Shown piece after piece: positions 8,370-18,486 of a stretch of 46,343 bases of DNA. The translations under genes and the position numbers were made by a program. Each line of letters starts with the position of its first letter. The first letter of the stretch is position 1. The notes under the pieces were generated by a model that saw only the letters and a list, made by a program, of their open reading frames with translations, did no database searches and was not told the DNA's origin. Origin of the DNA: Bdellovibrionota bacterium FG-2 (GTDB lineage: Bacteria > Bdellovibrionota > UBA1018); assembly GCA_051382305.1 (NCBI GenBank), contig JBBCAV010000229.1:1-46343 (forward strand). Reading direction: 5' to 3'.

Positions 8370-9383
8370 ATGGCCCAAAATGGAATTACGTTTGACGATG
8401 TACTGATGATCCCTGCCTACAACCACTATGAGTCGCGCCGAGAAGTTCAGCTCGGGATGACCGACAAAGGCGGAAAGCTTAAACTTGAGCTGCCCATAAT
8501 GACGGCTAACATGGACACGATCACCGAAAGCGGCATGGCCAACTACATCGGCCAAAAAGGCGGGATCGGCACTCTCCACCGCTTCATGGATATTGAGCAA
8601 AACGTTGCCGAATTTAAGAAATGCGGTTACCCGGTTTTTGTTTCGGTGGGAACTTCTGAAAAAGAATTCGAGCGCGTTGAGGCTCTTCGCTCCGCGGGCG
8701 CTAACTACTTTTGCATCGACGTCGCGCACGGCCACGCTCGTTACGTTGGAAAAACTTTAAAACGCATTCGCGAAATGCTTCCCGAGTCCTGCATCATGGC
8801 GGGAAACGTGGCAACGTATGCGGGCGCTGATTATTTGGGCTCTCTTGGAGCCGATCTGATCAAGGTCGGTATTGGTCCCGGCTCAGTGTGCACAACCCGT
8901 ATTAAAACGGGATTTGGCGTTCCCCAGCTCACGGCAATTCAAGACTGCGCACGAGTGGATCGCTCCATCGTCGCAGATGGCGGCATTCGCTATCCAGGGG
9001 ACATTGTCAAGGCGCTCGCCTTTGGTGCAGACTTTGTGATGTTGGGCGGTATGCTTGCCGGCACTGAGCCCACCCCTGGCGAAGCAATAATCAATTCCGC
9101 CGGGGAAAAAGTGAAACGCTTTCGCGGAATGGCCAGCCGGGAAGCTCAAGAAGAATTCATGGGCGGTATGGCGGAGTGGAAAACGGCCGAAGGGGTTGCT
9201 GTTGAAGTCGCGTTTCGCGACGATCACGAGGCAATTATCTCGGACATCCTGGGCGGACTGCGTTCAGGACTCACCTATGGTGGCGCCGACACGATCCGCG
9301 AGTTGCAGCGCAAATTGAGTTACATGGTCATTACGCCCGCGGCGCGGGCTGAAAGCCATCCCCACAAAATGGGCACGATTTAG
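8370..9383 (+). CDS. guaC: GMP reductase (IMPDH/GMPR family, no CBS domains)
   Basis: [39 protein letters not shown] and EWKTAEG. The SVC catalytic loop and flap sequence favour GMPR over IMPDH. Confidence 0.8.
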   Translation: MAQNGITFDDVLMIPAYNHYESRREVQLGMTDKGGKLKLELPIMTANMDTITESGMANYIGQKGGIGTLHRFMDIEQNVAEFKKCGYPVFVSVGTSEKEFERVEALRSAGANYFCIDVAHGHARYVGKTLKRIREMLPESCIMAGNVATYAGADYLGSLGADLIKVGIGPGSVCTTRIKTGFGVPQLTAIQDCARVDRSIVADGGIRYPGDIVKALAFGADFVMLGGMLAGTEPTPGEAIINSAGEKVKRFRGMASREAQEEFMGGMAEWKTAEGVAVEVAFRDDHEAIISDILGGLRSGLTYGGADTIRELQRKLSYMVITPAARAESHPHKMGTI

Positions 9384-9387
9384 ATTT

Positions 9388-11031
9388 CTATTTTTGAAAA
9401 GCGTAGCGATCGATTTCAAAACCAAAATCTTCATAGACACCGTCCGAAACCAAAAGAATTGTCGCGCGATCCGCAGCGACCGACTCAGACCAAAAGTCTT
9501 GAGAGGCGCCCCTCAACGTCTGAATTATTTTGGTCTTGCCCTCTCGGATCACAATAGAGTCCCTAGGCTTGAGAACCATTTTCTTGAAATGCAAACGAAA
9601 CGCCTTTGCGCCCGGCTGCCCTACGGTCCACTGCAGATGAGAGAGTGATGGATAGGGATGAGGCGAAGATAAAGGATAGGACACTTCATGCCAACCATCT
9701 AGAGGCGGAACAGGCGGCACTGACGAATTCCCTAACAAGGCGCTCGCAATATTGAGTCGTCCGCCACTGGCCACCGCCCCTTCTAATTGAGGAAGCCGAT
9801 CAACGGAGGCCATGAGTCGCTCTTTTATTTCTAGAGGTGACATCGAAGGAAAATGTGATTTTAACAGCGCAACCGCTCCAGAAACATGGGGCGCGGCCAT
9901 TGAAGTACCGCTCATCACCTCATGAATATTTCCAGGCACGGAGCTAAGAATCCCTGCCCCGGGCGCGGCGAGATGAACTCCGATTGCGCCATAACTCGAA
10001 AAATAAGCCATCAAATCCCGGCGATCGGTAGCCGCAACCGTAATGACGTTCGCGTTGTGATAGGCCGCAGGATAGAGTGGAGAGTCATCGATATCGGCAC
10101 TTTCGTTTCCGGCCGCGGCGACAAACACCACACCTTTTTTATTCGCCGTCTCAATGGCCTCTTCCATTGCCTTGGAGTAGACGTCCCCCCCCCAGCTGTT
10201 ACTCAGAACCTGCGCGCCGTTTGCCAACGCATAATCAATCGCGCGCAACGCCCCTTCGGTATTGCCGTCGCCGTTCTTATCTAAGAATTTAAGCGCCATG
10301 ATGCGCACCTGAGGCGCCACGCCGACTATCCCAAATCCGTTTTGGGCCGCCGCAATCACTCCCGCGCAATGGGTTCCGTGGCGATGATCGTCTTTTGGAT
10401 TTCCTGTGGTCGCCCCATCCGAAAAATTCCAACCGTAGAGGTCATCGATAAAACCATTGCCATCATTATCGATCCCGTCATTTGATTGCCCTTTTTCGCC
10501 GGGATTAATCCACATATTTGCAGCCAGATCGGTATGAGTAAAATCCACGCCCGTGTCAATCACAGCTACCACCACCTCGGGCCGACCTTTTTCAATCTCC
10601 CACGCCTTTAGAATATTGACATCCGCACCGGGATTTCCATCACTCTCCCCGGTATTGTGAAGCGACCATTGCTTATGAAAAAATGGCTCGGGTTTCAACT
10701 CAAATGAATGATAGGTATTCATCGCCTCCACATATTCGATTGAAGGGTCCGCTCGCAACGTCCGCACGGTCTTTTCAAGTGAGCGAGACGAGAATGACGC
10801 CGGAACCTCCACAACGCGAAACTGGGTAAGGACCGAAAAAGGCGGCGCAAGGCGCAGTCCCAAGGTTCGACTGACTTGTTGGAGCTGGGTTTCAAGCGCA
10901 TGATCGACGAGCCTGACTATCAAATAATTCCGCTCAAAACTCAAGCCTGAGGCATTTACCGAAAATGAATGTAAACTGAGCCCTAAAAAAACAACCACTC
11001 CCAGTGCCCATACCAAAATGAGTTTCTTCAT
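9388..11031 (-). CDS. Secreted S8 subtilisin-like protease with a C-terminal CUB-like domain
   Basis: Triad motifs VAVIDTGVD, HGTHCAG and GTSMAAPHVSG; prodomain; C-terminal SPHPY...LHF...SDGVYEDFGFEID. Confidence 0.95.
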   Translation of the reverse strand: MKKLILVWALGVVVFLGLSLHSFSVNASGLSFERNYLIVRLVDHALETQLQQVSRTLGLRLAPPFSVLTQFRVVEVPASFSSRSLEKTVRTLRADPSIEYVEAMNTYHSFELKPEPFFHKQWSLHNTGESDGNPGADVNILKAWEIEKGRPEVVVAVIDTGVDFTHTDLAANMWINPGEKGQSNDGIDNDGNGFIDDLYGWNFSDGATTGNPKDDHRHGTHCAGVIAAAQNGFGIVGVAPQVRIMALKFLDKNGDGNTEGALRAIDYALANGAQVLSNSWGGDVYSKAMEEAIETANKKGVVFVAAAGNESADIDDSPLYPAAYHNANVITVAATDRRDLMAYFSSYGAIGVHLAAPGAGILSSVPGNIHEVMSGTSMAAPHVSGAVALLKSHFPSMSPLEIKERLMASVDRLPQLEGAVASGGRLNIASALLGNSSVPPVPPLDGWHEVSYPLSSPHPYPSLSHLQWTVGQPGAKAFRLHFKKMVLKPRDSIVIREGKTKIIQTLRGASQDFWSESVAADRATILLVSDGVYEDFGFEIDRYAFQK

Positions 11032-11080
11032 GCCCCAAATGTTTCACAAAAGACCCCGCTAAGCAAATGTTAGACAATGA

Positions 11081-11776
11081 CTAAGCAACCCATTCAGGGA
11101 GGCTTGGAGAGCTTGTGCGACAACCCTCAAGAGTTTCAGGATTTAGGCCATATTTTCGAATGAGTTCTGCTTCACTGACCCATCGATCCAACTCAAATCC
11201 ATTCTTTTTTTGACGCGAAATATAGAAGCGATAGCCTTCAATTGAATCAATAAACTCTTGGACAAGCCAATATGTAGCAGAATGCGCTTTCCTCTCAGTT
11301 TTAAAGAGACGCTGATGATCAAAGCCCTCTGCCTCGCGCTTCAACTCCACAATCTCCGCTAAATGACTTTGAGTGAGAGTCGCAACATCGAGGCCAACGA
11401 TCGCTTTCGCGCGAGTGCGCAGTTCCAACCAGTTTTTTTCATTTTGTAAAAAACTTTTTAGGTAGTCTTCGTCCAGACAATGGATCATTTCGTGAAAGAG
11501 AAGGGGTGCAAGCAACCCCGTTTCAAGGCCAGGCTCCAGGAAAATGACGCGTCTTACTCCATCAAAATAGAACGCGCCCGCAGGGTCTCCTTGTAGCAAA
11601 TTTCCAGCCGCGATTTCTTTCTGGTTGCGCTCATCTAAGACCCTCAAGTCAACTTGACCACGACTCACCAAAGGCAAGAACTGATCCAGTGTCCGCCGCC
11701 CTAGAGCTGAACAAACAATCAAGCGGTAAGCCCGCTCAATCCCAGATCCAATTTCGTGGAGTGCAAATTTTCTCAT
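11081..11776 (-). CDS. Hypothetical protein with an HEXXH zincin-like motif
   Basis: APLLFHEMIHCLD plus a distal TERKAH. Family not recognised. Confidence 0.65.
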   Translation of the reverse strand: MRKFALHEIGSGIERAYRLIVCSALGRRTLDQFLPLVSRGQVDLRVLDERNQKEIAAGNLLQGDPAGAFYFDGVRRVIFLEPGLETGLLAPLLFHEMIHCLDEDYLKSFLQNEKNWLELRTRAKAIVGLDVATLTQSHLAEIVELKREAEGFDHQRLFKTERKAHSATYWLVQEFIDSIEGYRFYISRQKKNGFELDRWVSEAELIRKYGLNPETLEGCRTSSPSLPEWVA

Positions 11777-11855
11777 TCCTGTTCAGTTCCTGACACTTAT
11801 TCGACGCCAGAGAAGAGAAACTTGAATTTTTTTGGGCTCATGACAGAATACAAGT

Positions 11856-12584
11856 ATGCGGATACGTTTGCTTTGGATCATCGGACTGTCCTCAGCCCTT
11901 CCGGCGCTCGCAGCCCCATCCCCCCCTACGCCCTGGAGCGGTTCCGGTGAAATTTCCTATGTCATGACCGCCGGAAACGCGAACACTGAGACTTTAGGGG
12001 CAGGAGCCGATGCGAGCTTCAAACCGGGGGTCTGGGCCACCCAATGCAAGGCCAGCTTTGTGCGCACGAAAGTTGCCGGAATTGAGCGCGCCAGAATTTT
12101 GACAACCCAGCTGCGCGAGACACGCGACATCTCCCCGCGTTTTGAAGGATTTTCCCAACTCGTTTTTTTTGAAAATCGCTACTCAGGAATTGGCGGCCGG
12201 AGCACCGTTGAGGCAGGAGTCGGTTTTTTTATTATTTCGCCTGAATCAAACGAGACCCATTCACTTCGTGCAGAAACGAGCGTGGGGTATACTTTTGAAT
12301 CTCGACTTAGAGCTGAAGACAAGTCCTTTGCTATGATTAGAGTGGGTCCTAATTATCGCTGGAAGATGACAAATAGCGCAGACTTTTCGCTCGATACGTC
12401 ATTTATTGAAGATCTCACCGACTCAGACAACTGGCGACTTGTGGGTAGCACCGCTGTGACGACGGCGCTGGTTTCAATTCTTTCACTTAAGATTTCATAT
12501 TCCATCATCAGAATGAACCAACCCGCGCCGGGATTTAAAGCAATTGACTCAACGACTTCTGCGGCTTTGGTCGCGAAGTTTTAA
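11856..12584 (+). CDS. DUF481/YdiY-like outer-membrane beta-barrel protein
   Basis: Signal peptide, WSGSGEISYVMTAGN, alternating beta-strand pattern, terminal Phe. Confidence 0.88.
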   Translation: MRIRLLWIIGLSSALPALAAPSPPTPWSGSGEISYVMTAGNANTETLGAGADASFKPGVWATQCKASFVRTKVAGIERARILTTQLRETRDISPRFEGFSQLVFFENRYSGIGGRSTVEAGVGFFIISPESNETHSLRAETSVGYTFESRLRAEDKSFAMIRVGPNYRWKMTNSADFSLDTSFIEDLTDSDNWRLVGSTAVTTALVSILSLKISYSIIRMNQPAPGFKAIDSTTSAALVAKF

Positions 12585-12598
12585 AAGAGGAAAACGTA

Positions 12599-13219
12599 AT
12601 GATAAAATTCAAACTCCTTACCCTTCTTTTCACCACTCTCATTTCAGTTAGTGCAAGTGCGGAACCCAGTCCCAGCCCTTCCGGCGTACCCGTAGAGCCC
12701 ACCGAACTCATAAACGTTCCCGCGCCCATCGCCTCCCCGCGCGGCCTGAACTTTCGAGCGAGCTTCGCGGAGTTCTCGAAGGAAATGCGGGTAAAACGTC
12801 GGGCTCTTGAGGAAAAGTGGCTCAAAGGCGAGCGAGATTTTTCTGACGAACTTCGAAATGCCCTTAGAATTGCAGAGGATCAATTTGCCGAAGTCGTCGC
12901 ACAGAGTGGAGACTGGAAAGCTGCCAAACGTGATTTTCAAAAAAAGAAACTCTCTCTCATCAAGGAACTTAAGCAACGCGTGAAGATTCGACGCGAAGAG
13001 CTCGAGCTAGAGTTGATCCGCGTGGAGCGGGAGCAAGACGAGGCCATGCGGAAACTGATTTCAGAACTTGATACGGAGCTCAAACAGTTCAAAAAAGAAA
13101 AACAGTTTCAGAAAGCGCGAGACGACTTTCAAGATGCAAGCGCTGATCTCAAAACCGAGCTCTCGCAGTGGAAAAATCGGATGAAGGCGATCAAGATGAA
13201 AGAGGCGGTGTGGGAGTAG
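12599..13219 (+). CDS. Secreted coiled-coil hypothetical protein
   Basis: Signal peptide (ASA-E), Pro-rich linker, K/E/R-rich helical body, GAGG RBS. Confidence 0.8.
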   Translation: MIKFKLLTLLFTTLISVSASAEPSPSPSGVPVEPTELINVPAPIASPRGLNFRASFAEFSKEMRVKRRALEEKWLKGERDFSDELRNALRIAEDQFAEVVAQSGDWKAAKRDFQKKKLSLIKELKQRVKIRREELELELIRVEREQDEAMRKLISELDTELKQFKKEKQFQKARDDFQDASADLKTELSQWKNRMKAIKMKEAVWE

Positions 13220-13226
13220 CCGATCC

Positions 13227-14183
13227 TTAGGCGCGCTCAAGCAACAACTCCATCACTTCATCAACTTTTCTGACAAACCCCGCTTCATCGAGCGCCGGCA
13301 CGTCCAGGTGAAAATTCCCCTTATAAAGGAAGGCGGGTTTCCAATTAGAATACAGATAGTACGGGGCCTCCGCGCGCCTGCGAAAGATCTCTTCAATATT
13401 GCCCTCTTCAGTAAAAATCAGCGAAGGCACCTTAAACGCACGCGCGATGTGCATCGGCCCAGAATTAACACCCAAGAAAAGATCCGCATGACTCAGAAGT
13501 GCAAATAATTTGCGAGCGTTCCAAAAAGACTTGGGCAAAAAGAACGTCGCATGAGCGCCCGGGATCTTCTCGTGCCCTTCTACTCCCACTTGGCAAAACG
13601 ACACGCGATCCCCCCACCGCTTCATAATCAAAGACCAACGCTCCGCGCTCACCACTTTTTTCCAGGTGTGCCCCCAGGGGTGAAAAAAACACTTTGGCTT
13701 TGAAGTGGGCTCAAGGTTCCGTCGAATTTCAGCTGCGCCCCAAACACGCTCTTCAGGAAGTAAATAGATTTCTGGACGAACCTCCTCGTCGGGAGTCCCC
13801 GGCAAATCGAAGAAGTGTTCTTTAAGTTGCATCAAGTGTCCGCCGCCAAAACAAGCATCATCCCCCACGACCCTCGCGGGAAAATAACTCAAGCCATCAA
13901 CATAAGGATTATTGAAAAACACGGATGGATTAAACGCGCGCGGATAGGTATTGATTCGAAGTCCTGGATTGCGGGCTTTCAACATTCGAGGAAGTGTCGA
14001 GAGCATTAGGGCATCACCGATGGTTCGGCTCTTGGCAGCGATACAAAGCGCACTATTATCACTCTTAGCCGCCGCAAGAAGGGACGTCCCGTCGCCTGGC
14101 GGAAAAAAGTCGATCACCCCCAAAAGCCGGCCGGGCTCCCAAGAGGGGGCGAGTTTCCATACTAGTTTCGATAGCCGCCGCAT
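13227..14183 (-). CDS. Glycosyltransferase family 9 (heptosyltransferase-like)
   Basis: TIGDALM, NNPYVD, FHP, ADLFLGVNSGPMHIARAF. Confidence 0.88.
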   Translation of the reverse strand: MRRLSKLVWKLAPSWEPGRLLGVIDFFPPGDGTSLLAAAKSDNSALCIAAKSRTIGDALMLSTLPRMLKARNPGLRINTYPRAFNPSVFFNNPYVDGLSYFPARVVGDDACFGGGHLMQLKEHFFDLPGTPDEEVRPEIYLLPEERVWGAAEIRRNLEPTSKPKCFFHPWGHTWKKVVSAERWSLIMKRWGDRVSFCQVGVEGHEKIPGAHATFFLPKSFWNARKLFALLSHADLFLGVNSGPMHIARAFKVPSLIFTEEGNIEEIFRRRAEAPYYLYSNWKPAFLYKGNFHLDVPALDEAGFVRKVDEVMELLLERA

Positions 14184-14343
14184 GACTTCTACTTTTCTTT
14201 TAAAAAGACCTCAATGCAAGAAGCAACTCTGCCGATAGGGCTCTTGAAGGGATACGCGTGTGGAGTTCCGACAAGGCCAACTACTTGATTCTAATTACAA
14301 ATCTGGAATTTCGATAAATTTTACTTAACAAAAACAAATATCC

Positions 14344-14386
14344 TTCACAAATAGGTGTTTGTTGAATATAATAACTTGGTCACCAA
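14344..14386 (+). promoter_or_regulatory. Sigma70 promoter in an AT-rich leader with a palindrome
   Basis: TTCACA (14344-14349), N17, TATAAT (14367-14372); palindrome TTGGT-C-ACCAA (14376-14386) near the expected start site. Confidence 0.6.
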
Positions 14387-14409
14387 TTTTTTGAACAAAG
14401 AGAGGGCTT

Positions 14410-16593
14410 ATGAGTACGTTTTTAAAAGTTTCAATATGCGTTTTGATCCTGGGGCTTTCGGCGGCCTGCGGAAAAGGGAGCAATGACGGTTTTAATGGCG
14501 GCGGCGGCGGTGAAGCTGCGCTCCTTCCGCAAATCGATATTTCTGGCGCCTTCGGCCTCATGGTGATCGATCCTTCTCAGGATTCTTCGGCAGCCATGAT
14601 CGCCAGGCATAATGCAGATGCACTCAAACTCGACGGTGCTCCCGTACTCGACACTTCCTCTCGAGGCGTTGCGTCTGTTTTCAAAAGTGTCAGCGCCGCA
14701 AGCACGAGCTCAAGCAATAACGCTGGGGACAGAAGCTTGCAGAAAACAGACTCTAACGGTGACGTCAAATCGGCGATCACCGATCTGTCGGCTTCTGCTG
14801 AATCCAAGAATAGCTGGAAGCAAAACCTACCGAAAATTTCAACGATTGCCGTTTCACCATTGGGTGACCTCTACCTCCACTTCAACCAACCTTTCGTTTT
14901 TGAAGGCGAGGCTGATGGCAGTGACGGAAAAGGATTCAATAGAAGCCCCAACAACAGCGACGGCTGGGCCGACGGCAGGCACTGCCAGCTCTTCAAAGCT
15001 TCTGGCGGAACGGTGGACTCACTCAAGTCAAACGCACCTGCTCCTGCTCGAACCAACCTCGAATGCTTAACCTACCAACACGGAATTAATAGCTGGGACG
15101 GTGGCCGACTCAGCGTGTTCCAATTCGATGACGCCGGAAACGTCTATTTTCCAGGTTCCACATTCAGTTTCGGAGGATCCAAGATGGTGGTGTACAAATC
15201 CGATCGCGAAACAAAAGCTTTGACCGAAATGATCAATGCGAATATCTGCGTATCGGACTTTCTCGTGACAGGCTCAGGAAGCCTATTCTACACCGGAACC
15301 AGCTCTTGTAATGGGGGCGGAGGTAATGGGGGCGGATTTTTCCGATATTATTCGAGCGCTACCAGCGCCCTTATTGAAATCGCGCGCGATTGGTGGAACT
15401 TCATTTACGAACCCATCGAAGGAGCAATCACCGACAAGGCGGTATTTTTTGGTCCAGATCCTACCTCAGCCACAAGCGCTTCTTGGAACTCTGCATGTCT
15501 CTTTAGATTCGATCCGGCGGGTGGTGACACGACCGCACTTCGAACCACGTCTGTCATTACTTGCGGTAATGACATATGGGGCTGGGTCAATATGACTCGG
15601 GCAGAAGACGTTGCGACATACGGCTTTAATCCCCAGACTGACTGGTGGGGATCCAACGCAAAGGATCCGAGTACCAACTTCAAAACCGAATTCAGCACAC
15701 GCTGCACGGGGGCAACGCAGGTCTTCGCTGGGGGCGGAAGCCAAATCTCAGCTATCAAACAAAAAGCTGATGGAACGATTTACGTCATCGGAAGCATCCG
15801 AAAAAAGAAAGCAGGTACACTTAGCTGTAATATTGAGATCCGAGGTGCTCACTGCAAGCTCGATGGGGATCCCGACCCAACTTATACAACAGCCACCCTT
15901 TGCACGGACGCAGGAGGAACATGGGTCGACACAGGCACGTGCTCAGGTGATGCGACAAAAACAAATTCCGTGGACTGCTTCGTTGCTAGCTCTGGATCCA
16001 CCTTTAACCGGGACACCTTATCGTACAATGGTGTGAGCTCAAGCATCTGCACCAGCAGCACAGGCATTGTTTCGTCGGCCAACTGGTGGCCGCATGGAAA
16101 CGTTGACAATACCATCACGAGACAATCAGTCGTCAATGGGGACACCGACAAGAACTCATACGTCTTCAGACTGAACAACCTTGGTTGCGCGCAACCTTCC
16201 TCAAGCGGTGGCGGTGACGGTTGGACTGATGAGTATAAGGGACTCGCTAAAGTCGTTGAAAGCTCCAAGACGCTTGAGCTTCTCTCCAGCTCCTCCGAGC
16301 AAGCGTTGAAGCTGTGGATGGTCAACGATACAGTCTATTATTCGTCGTACAGTGCTTCAACCGGTAAATATTACCTCAAATACTATGATGGAGCGACGAG
16401 TATTACTTTGATCAGCGACTTTGAAGCCTACAATGTGAATAATGGAGGTACCGATCTGCTCTATGTCGACGGATTGGATTTTTCAAACAACTCTTACAGC
16501 TTCGGAAGATTAAGCACCGTTGCGCCCTATACCTTCACGAAGAAGACTGGGCTCACCGGCACTCTCAAGACAATGGTCATCTTGCCGGAATAA
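14410..16593 (+). CDS. Large Cys/Gly/Ser-rich lipoprotein of unknown function (possible beta-propeller)
   Basis: Lipobox LSAAC at Cys20, 727 aa open frame, GAGGG RBS, short beta-strand repeats, many Cys, own promoter and terminator. Confidence 0.8.
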   Translation: MSTFLKVSICVLILGLSAACGKGSNDGFNGGGGGEAALLPQIDISGAFGLMVIDPSQDSSAAMIARHNADALKLDGAPVLDTSSRGVASVFKSVSAASTSSSNNAGDRSLQKTDSNGDVKSAITDLSASAESKNSWKQNLPKISTIAVSPLGDLYLHFNQPFVFEGEADGSDGKGFNRSPNNSDGWADGRHCQLFKASGGTVDSLKSNAPAPARTNLECLTYQHGINSWDGGRLSVFQFDDAGNVYFPGSTFSFGGSKMVVYKSDRETKALTEMINANICVSDFLVTGSGSLFYTGTSSCNGGGGNGGGFFRYYSSATSALIEIARDWWNFIYEPIEGAITDKAVFFGPDPTSATSASWNSACLFRFDPAGGDTTALRTTSVITCGNDIWGWVNMTRAEDVATYGFNPQTDWWGSNAKDPSTNFKTEFSTRCTGATQVFAGGGSQISAIKQKADGTIYVIGSIRKKKAGTLSCNIEIRGAHCKLDGDPDPTYTTATLCTDAGGTWVDTGTCSGDATKTNSVDCFVASSGSTFNRDTLSYNGVSSSICTSSTGIVSSANWWPHGNVDNTITRQSVVNGDTDKNSYVFRLNNLGCAQPSSSGGGDGWTDEYKGLAKVVESSKTLELLSSSSEQALKLWMVNDTVYYSSYSASTGKYYLKYYDGATSITLISDFEAYNVNNGGTDLLYVDGLDFSNNSYSFGRLSTVAPYTFTKKTGLTGTLKTMVILPE

Positions 16594-16628
16594 TAGGCTA
16601 GTCCTAGTTTAACGCTTTCGAGCGTTTT

Positions 16629-16677
16629 ATCCCCGCCCCCAGGTGGTCTATTCCACCCACGGGCGGGGATTTTTTTT
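16629..16677 (+). terminator. Rho-independent terminator
   Basis: ATCCCCGCCC...GGGCGGGGAT stem with inner GGTGG/CCACC, followed by a T-tract, 35 nt after the lipoprotein stop. Confidence 0.85.
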
Positions 16678-16715
16678 GCCCTCTTAAAGGAATCAATGCA
16701 AACCCTGCGCGCTTC

Positions 16716-17160
16716 ATTGTCATTCACGTTAATGTCACGAGCGATTTTCGAATAATTAATGGGTGTGCCATTGCATTGCGCGGCGATCTGCAAAAAATCT
16801 TTAAACGCGTGTACATTGCGAAGCACTTGTTCAGCAATAATTTCCTGTTCCAGATAAGTCGAAACGTAGCTGTTAAGAAAATCTCTTCTATTGTCAGGAT
16901 TGGCTTCAGTGACCACGCGAGGCAGCGTGCCCCACTCGAGTATTTCTTGAATTGAAAACGCATTCTCAATTTCATCACTTGTGAGAGGAAACAAATAATG
17001 CTGAAACGCGCGACCCGCAAGAAGATTAACCCCCTCGCGCTTTAGCTTTCTTGCACTTGAGCCGGTGAGGACAAACTGGATTCCGGTATGCCCCGACGGT
17101 CTTCTTTCTACCCTCTGGCCCAACTCAAAATGAACTCGATCAAGAAGTTTCGAAATTGCA
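16716..17160 (-). pseudogene. Internal fragment of an AAA_14/DUF4143 ATPase
   Basis: KLLDRVH...FVLTGSSARKLKREGVNLLAGRA...LFPL...WGTLP...SYVSTYLEQEI...INYSKIARD. Walker A/B and the DUF4143 domain are absent. Confidence 0.85.
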
Positions 17161-17233
17161 CGCCATATTCGGAATATAGTCAACTTCGCTCAAAGATGTT
17201 ATCCTCTCCCCATACAAGGGAGAACCAAAACTC

Positions 17234-18424
17234 ATGAGCAATAAAGTTTTCGTCATAGGCGTCGGAATGACCAAATTCGAAAAACCAGGCAGCAGCACAA
17301 ACGATTATCCTGATCTCGCTCGCGAGGCCGGAACGCGCGCACTTCAAGACGCAGGCGTTGCCTTCGAATCCATCGAGCAAGCGTGCGTGGGTTACGTCTA
17401 TGGCGAATCGACCTCTGGGCAAGCAGCCATCTATGAATTGGGCCTGCGTGGAATTCCCATCTACAACGTTAACAATAACTGCTCCACCGGCTCTACCGCT
17501 CTTTTCATGGCCAAACAACTCATTGAAGGCGGAATCGCCGAATGCGTGCTTGCCCTTGGCTTTGAGAAAATGGCAAAAGGCTCTCTCAACCTAGGGGGAA
17601 GCGATCGCCGCAATCCCCTGGATCGCCACATCAAAACAATGGTGGACGCCCGCGGGATGGCCGAAGCCTCGGTTGCGGCCCAAATGTTTGGCAACGCCGC
17701 CCGCGAGCACATGGAGCGTTTCGGAAGCACGCGCGAGCAATACGCACGAGTCGCAGAAAAGAACCATCGCCACTCCGTCAACAATCCTTATGCTCAGTTT
17801 CAAACGGTATACACGCTCGAACAGATTTTAGCGGCTCCCATGATTTTCGATCCCCTCACCAAACTCCAATGCTGCCCGACTTCCAACGGATCGGGTGCTG
17901 CGGTGCTTTGCAGTGAAGCTTTTGTGCGCAAAAATAAGCTCGAAAAAAAGGCGGTCGAAATTGCCGGAATGGCGATGGCCACTGATCTCCCCTCCTCTTT
18001 TGAGAAAAGTTGTATCAAGATGATCGGCAGCGACATGACCCGCCTAGCTGCGCAAAAGGCGTACGCCCAAGCAGGCATGGGGCCCGAGAACATTCAAGTC
18101 ATCGAGCTGCACGATTGTTTTTCAAGCAATGAACTGCTCACCTATGAAGCCCTCGGCTTGTGCCCTGAAGGAAAGGGCGGAGAGCTCATTGATTCCGGAG
18201 CGGTAACTTACGGCGGAAAGTGGGTGGTCAATCCATCGGGCGGCCTCATCTCGAAGGGTCATCCATTAGGAGCCACCGGCCTCGCACAGTGCGCAGAACT
18301 CTGCTGGCAAATTAGAGGCGAAGCGGACAAACGACAAGTCACAAACACGCGCGCGGCTCTTCAGCACAACTTAGGCTTAGGGGGCGCAGCCGTTGTGACG
18401 ATCTATCGTAAACCGCTATTCTAG
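17234..18424 (+). CDS. SCPx-type thiolase (lipid-transfer protein family)
   Basis: [55 protein letters not shown]. Confidence 0.95.
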   Translation: MSNKVFVIGVGMTKFEKPGSSTNDYPDLAREAGTRALQDAGVAFESIEQACVGYVYGESTSGQAAIYELGLRGIPIYNVNNNCSTGSTALFMAKQLIEGGIAECVLALGFEKMAKGSLNLGGSDRRNPLDRHIKTMVDARGMAEASVAAQMFGNAAREHMERFGSTREQYARVAEKNHRHSVNNPYAQFQTVYTLEQILAAPMIFDPLTKLQCCPTSNGSGAAVLCSEAFVRKNKLEKKAVEIAGMAMATDLPSSFEKSCIKMIGSDMTRLAAQKAYAQAGMGPENIQVIELHDCFSSNELLTYEALGLCPEGKGGELIDSGAVTYGGKWVVNPSGGLISKGHPLGATGLAQCAELCWQIRGEADKRQVTNTRAALQHNLGLGGAAVVTIYRKPLF

Positions 18425-18447
18425 CAGTTCGGTTTTCTTAGCACAAC

Positions 18448-18463
18448 TGGCGCGACTTCTGCA
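18448..18463 (+). promoter_or_regulatory. Putative sigma54 (-24/-12) promoter
   Basis: TGGCGC-GACTT-CTGCA, GG-N10-GC spacing, just upstream of GGAGG and ATG 18487. Confidence 0.5.
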
Positions 18464-18486
18464 CTCCTCTCGCCTGTGGAGGTCGC

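Noticed and set aside
8370..9383. IMP dehydrogenase guaB
   Set aside because: No CBS domains, and the catalytic loop and flap look more like GMP reductase; not fully excluded.
14212..14238. FliA-like promoter (GCCGATAG)
   Set aside because: The -35 match is poor and a better sigma70 promoter lies closer to the gene.
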